From a virus, in the IMG/VR virus record IMGVR_UViG_3300032144_000016, positions 1 through 48,983 of that record: a DNA stretch of 48,983 nucleotides, one strand, 5' to 3'. Made by a program: the position numbers and the translations under genes. Under the pieces are notes generated by a model, which saw only the letters and a program-made list of their open reading frames with translations, ran no database searches and had not been told where the DNA came from. Of this stretch, positions 48,072 through 48,983 are shown one piece after another. Each line of letters opens with the position of its first letter. Position 1 is the first letter of the stretch.

Positions 48072-48548
48072 TTGAAGCTCAGGGTCTCTCCATCGCTGCC
48101 GCAGTATTTCGAGCAGTACCAGGCCTGGTGCCAGAAGCGCGGAATCCCGCCGAAGAGCATCTTCTTCGCCGCCGGCGCGCACGTGTGGGTAGAGGCGGAG
48201 GGGCACGGGCTCGTGCTTGGTGTGGCGCTCCAGGAAGCCCAGAGCTTCATCTTCGCAGAGGAGCTGGTGGGCAACCCCGACGTTCCGGGGCGCGTCGTCT
48301 ACCGGGCAGCGGAGCTCGCCATCGCGTCGTTCCTTCAGCACTGCACCGTGAAGGCGCGGGTGCCGGTGGCGCACACGACCGTGCGGGGCCTGGCGCGTCT
48401 GCTCCGCCGGAAGGGCTTTGAGGCCATCCCCGGCGTCACTATGTCTCGGGTTCCGTTCATCCAGGTGGTGGCGCAGAAGAAGGCGCTGCCGTCGAAGCCA
48501 AAACGAAAGGGCACCCCACGCAAGGGGCCCAGAAGGAAGAAGGCGTGA
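48072..48548 (+). CDS. hypothetical protein (158 aa) with basic C-terminal tail; weak GNAT-like feel
   Basis: AGGAG lies 6 nt before TTG 48072. The tail is 'KKALPSKPKRKGTPRKGPRRKKA'. The family is not established. Confidence 0.45.
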   Translation: MKLRVSPSLPQYFEQYQAWCQKRGIPPKSIFFAAGAHVWVEAEGHGLVLGVALQEAQSFIFAEELVGNPDVPGRVVYRAAELAIASFLQHCTVKARVPVAHTTVRGLARLLRRKGFEAIPGVTMSRVPFIQVVAQKKALPSKPKRKGTPRKGPRRKKA

Positions 48549-48983
48549 TTCGGCGCGAGCTCCACATCTACAGTCGCTTCCCGTCACTGAACGAGTTGAT
48601 AGACGCTGCGCGCAACGGGCACGCCTACAACGCGCTGAAGAAGAAGTGCGAGAACAAGGTGGCGACGGCGCTCAGGATGCAGCCGTTCCCGGAGTCCTTC
48701 GCGGTGGCGCACGTGAAGTACGAGTTTCTGGAGCTTTCTAAGAAGCGTGACCCGAGCAACATCTGTTCGGCCGCCATCAAGGTCATCGAGGATGCGCTGG
48801 TGAGACTGTGCGTGCTCAGTGGTGACGGTTGGAACGTGGTGACCGGTATCGAAGTTTCGTGGCGCCTTGCCGATTGGCCTGGTGTTCATGTGACCATAGA
48901 AGGAGAAGTGTACGATGAGCCAAGAGAAAGAATCAGAGAACGGAAGCTCCGCGAAGAAGCAGCGAAAAGCGTGGAACGAGCGA
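48545..48983 (+). CDS. RusA-like Holliday junction resolvase (N-terminal part; the ORF continues across the circular junction to 264)
   Basis: GTGA-coupled start. 'FPSLNELIDAARNGHAYNALKKK' and 'KRDPSNICSAAIKVIEDALVRLCVLSGDGW' match the recalled RusA/YqaN-type pattern (R.D.DN....K...D.L...g...DD). Confidence 0.65.
   Translation, partial: MIRRELHIYSRFPSLNELIDAARNGHAYNALKKKCENKVATALRMQPFPESFAVAHVKYEFLELSKKRDPSNICSAAIKVIEDALVRLCVLSGDGWNVVTGIEVSWRLADWPGVHVTIEGEVYDEPRERIRERKLREEAAKSVERA
48857..48983. repeat. 127-bp terminal direct repeat (copy of 1..127)
   Basis: Identical to 1..127. Confidence 0.95.

Noticed and set aside
1-48983. Lysogeny module, integrase or transposase, and a diversity-generating retroelement (given the duplicated receptor-binding-like modules)
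   Set aside because: No ORF shows tyrosine or serine recombinase, DDE or reverse-transcriptase motifs. The similarity between 2408..3766 and 25333..26916 is at the protein level only, with no nucleotide template/variable repeat pair.

Overview
This window is a complete, circularly closed genome of a high-GC tailed dsDNA phage with P22-like podovirus architecture. The first 127 bp are identical to the last 127 bp (1..127 = 48857..48983). The unique unit is therefore 48,856 bp, and one ORF (a RusA-like resolvase) spans the junction.

Layout:
- + strand, ~59..29818, is the late region. It holds small Cys-rich and Lar-like genes, TerL and portal, then a GroES-like-domain protein, a scaffold candidate, a decoration candidate and an HK97-type capsid protein. 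Next come three beta-helix proteins, an adaptor-like protein and a P22 gp10-like hub. These are followed by three G/M/Q/N-rich low-complexity proteins, a 590-aa protein, and a 1132-aa internal protein with an ADP-ribosyltransferase-like module. A glycine-rich fibre and the lysis cassette close the region.
- - strand, 43369..29844, is the leftward early operon. It has many tiny ORFs (several Cys-rich), a Cas4/RecB-like exonuclease, Erf, an SF2 helicase and DUF551-like proteins.
- 43370..44437 is a ~1.07 kb non-coding control region.
- + strand, 44438..48983 (continuing to 264), is the rightward early operon with RHH, MerR-like, SSB, XRE and RusA-like genes.

I found no integrase, DNA polymerase, complete tRNA, rRNA, CRISPR array or transposase.

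Genes are tightly translationally coupled (ATGA, GTGA and TGATG overlaps). I used this together with third-codon-position GC (GC3) to choose starts and frames. All family assignments come from motifs read by eye and need HMM or structure searches.

The most unusual content is a tandemly duplicated cassette at ~39.07-40.14 kb. It encodes two ~95-100-aa proteins that are essentially perfect (Gly-X)n polymers, with X = Tyr, Asn or Asp. The upstream copy is translationally coupled to a 96-aa ORF, and the cassette sits next to the recombination genes.

Other items worth a second look:
- a trio of G/M/Q/N-rich virion proteins;
- the ART-like module, which lacks the catalytic Glu;
- an orphan tRNA 3'-half in a structured spacer;
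- an iteron/AT-hairpin/iteron element inside the large non-coding region;
- paralogous Cys-rich mini-proteins.
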